Notes under the pieces: generated by a model
What the model saw: the letters and a program-made list of their open reading frames with translations, nothing else
What the model was told of the DNA's origin: nothing
Databases searched by the model: none
Origin: a virus
Length of the DNA stretch: 23,206 nt
Virus record (IMG/VR): IMGVR_UViG_3300043313_001399
Reading direction: 5' to 3' (one strand)
Made by a program: the position numbers and the translations under genes
Shown: piece after piece, positions 23,122 to 23,206 of the stretch
Layout: each line of letters starts with the position of its first letter
Numbering within the stretch: position 1 is the stretch's first letter

Positions 23122-23206
23122 ATGGGTAGACCACCGTTAGAGCTTTACCCAAAGGGGTTAGCCGAAATAGGTAGCGGTTTTTTAGAGGGTAAGGTAGGGG
23201 CGGGCG
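23122..23206 (+). CDS. terL: Terminase large subunit, 5' end (continues at window position 2 across the circular junction)
   Basis: ATG at 23122 has GAGG 9 nt upstream. The frame is open to the window end and is in phase with the frame open from position 2 (23164 corresponds to position 2). Upstream in-frame sequence back to the TAG at 22915-22917 is Arg-rich and not protein-like. Confidence 0.65.
   Translation, partial: MGRPPLELYPKGLAEIGSGFLEGKVGAG
23163..23206. repeat. Right copy of the 44-nt terminal overlap
   Basis: Base-for-base identical to 1-44. Confidence 0.9.

Larger units (their letters stand above)
1..23162. mobile_element. Complete circular-map genome unit of a small temperate tailed phage (HK97-fold head module, long-tail module with tape measure, large serine integrase)
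   Basis: There is an exact 44-nt overlap between the window ends. A full set of packaging, head, tail, lysis, integration and recombination genes is arranged in three transcription blocks. TerL is only intact when the ends are joined. Confidence 0.85.

Overview
The window is one complete, circularly closed genome unit of 23,162 bp from a small temperate tailed phage. The first 44 nt (1-44) are repeated exactly at 23163-23206, and the large-terminase reading frame runs across that junction, so the window edge is an arbitrary linearisation point. The late operon is on the + strand and almost gap-free. It runs TerL, 2-TM micro-protein, HK97-type portal, a beta-class DPPY DNA methyltransferase, HK97-type prohead protease, major capsid protein, head-tail connector, major-tail-like protein, HK97 gp10-like protein, tail chaperone with a probable -1 extension, and a 734-aa tape measure. 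It continues with a low-GC fibre-like gene, two minor tail proteins and an M23 peptidase lysin, ending at 13363 or 13563. Next come about 570 bp with a cluster of 12-bp perfect palindromes, then a leftward block. That block holds a large serine integrase (13938-15452), a 52-aa ORF, a 50-bp dyad, a GC hairpin and a tightly coupled five-gene operon of unknown function (15870-17224). A 486-bp structured divergent region (17225-17710) precedes the rightward early operon. That operon encodes a PD-(D/E)XK exonuclease, two HTH proteins, a RecT-like annealase, an Hjc-like nuclease flanked by two paralogous TM micro-peptides, a wHTH/zinc-finger protein containing iteron-like repeats and a bulged hairpin, an HNH endonuclease and a 136-aa protein. 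A 470-bp repeat-rich, cos-like region follows, with no recognisable small terminase. No rRNA, tRNA or CRISPR was seen. All product calls rest on motif recognition and gene order by eye. No homology search was run, and the host is unknown. The most promising unexplained items are the five-gene leftward cassette without any recognisable repressor, two alternative attP or operator candidates flanking the integrase, the ori-like structure inside 21316-21963, and the 77-nt structured element in the only gap of the head operon.
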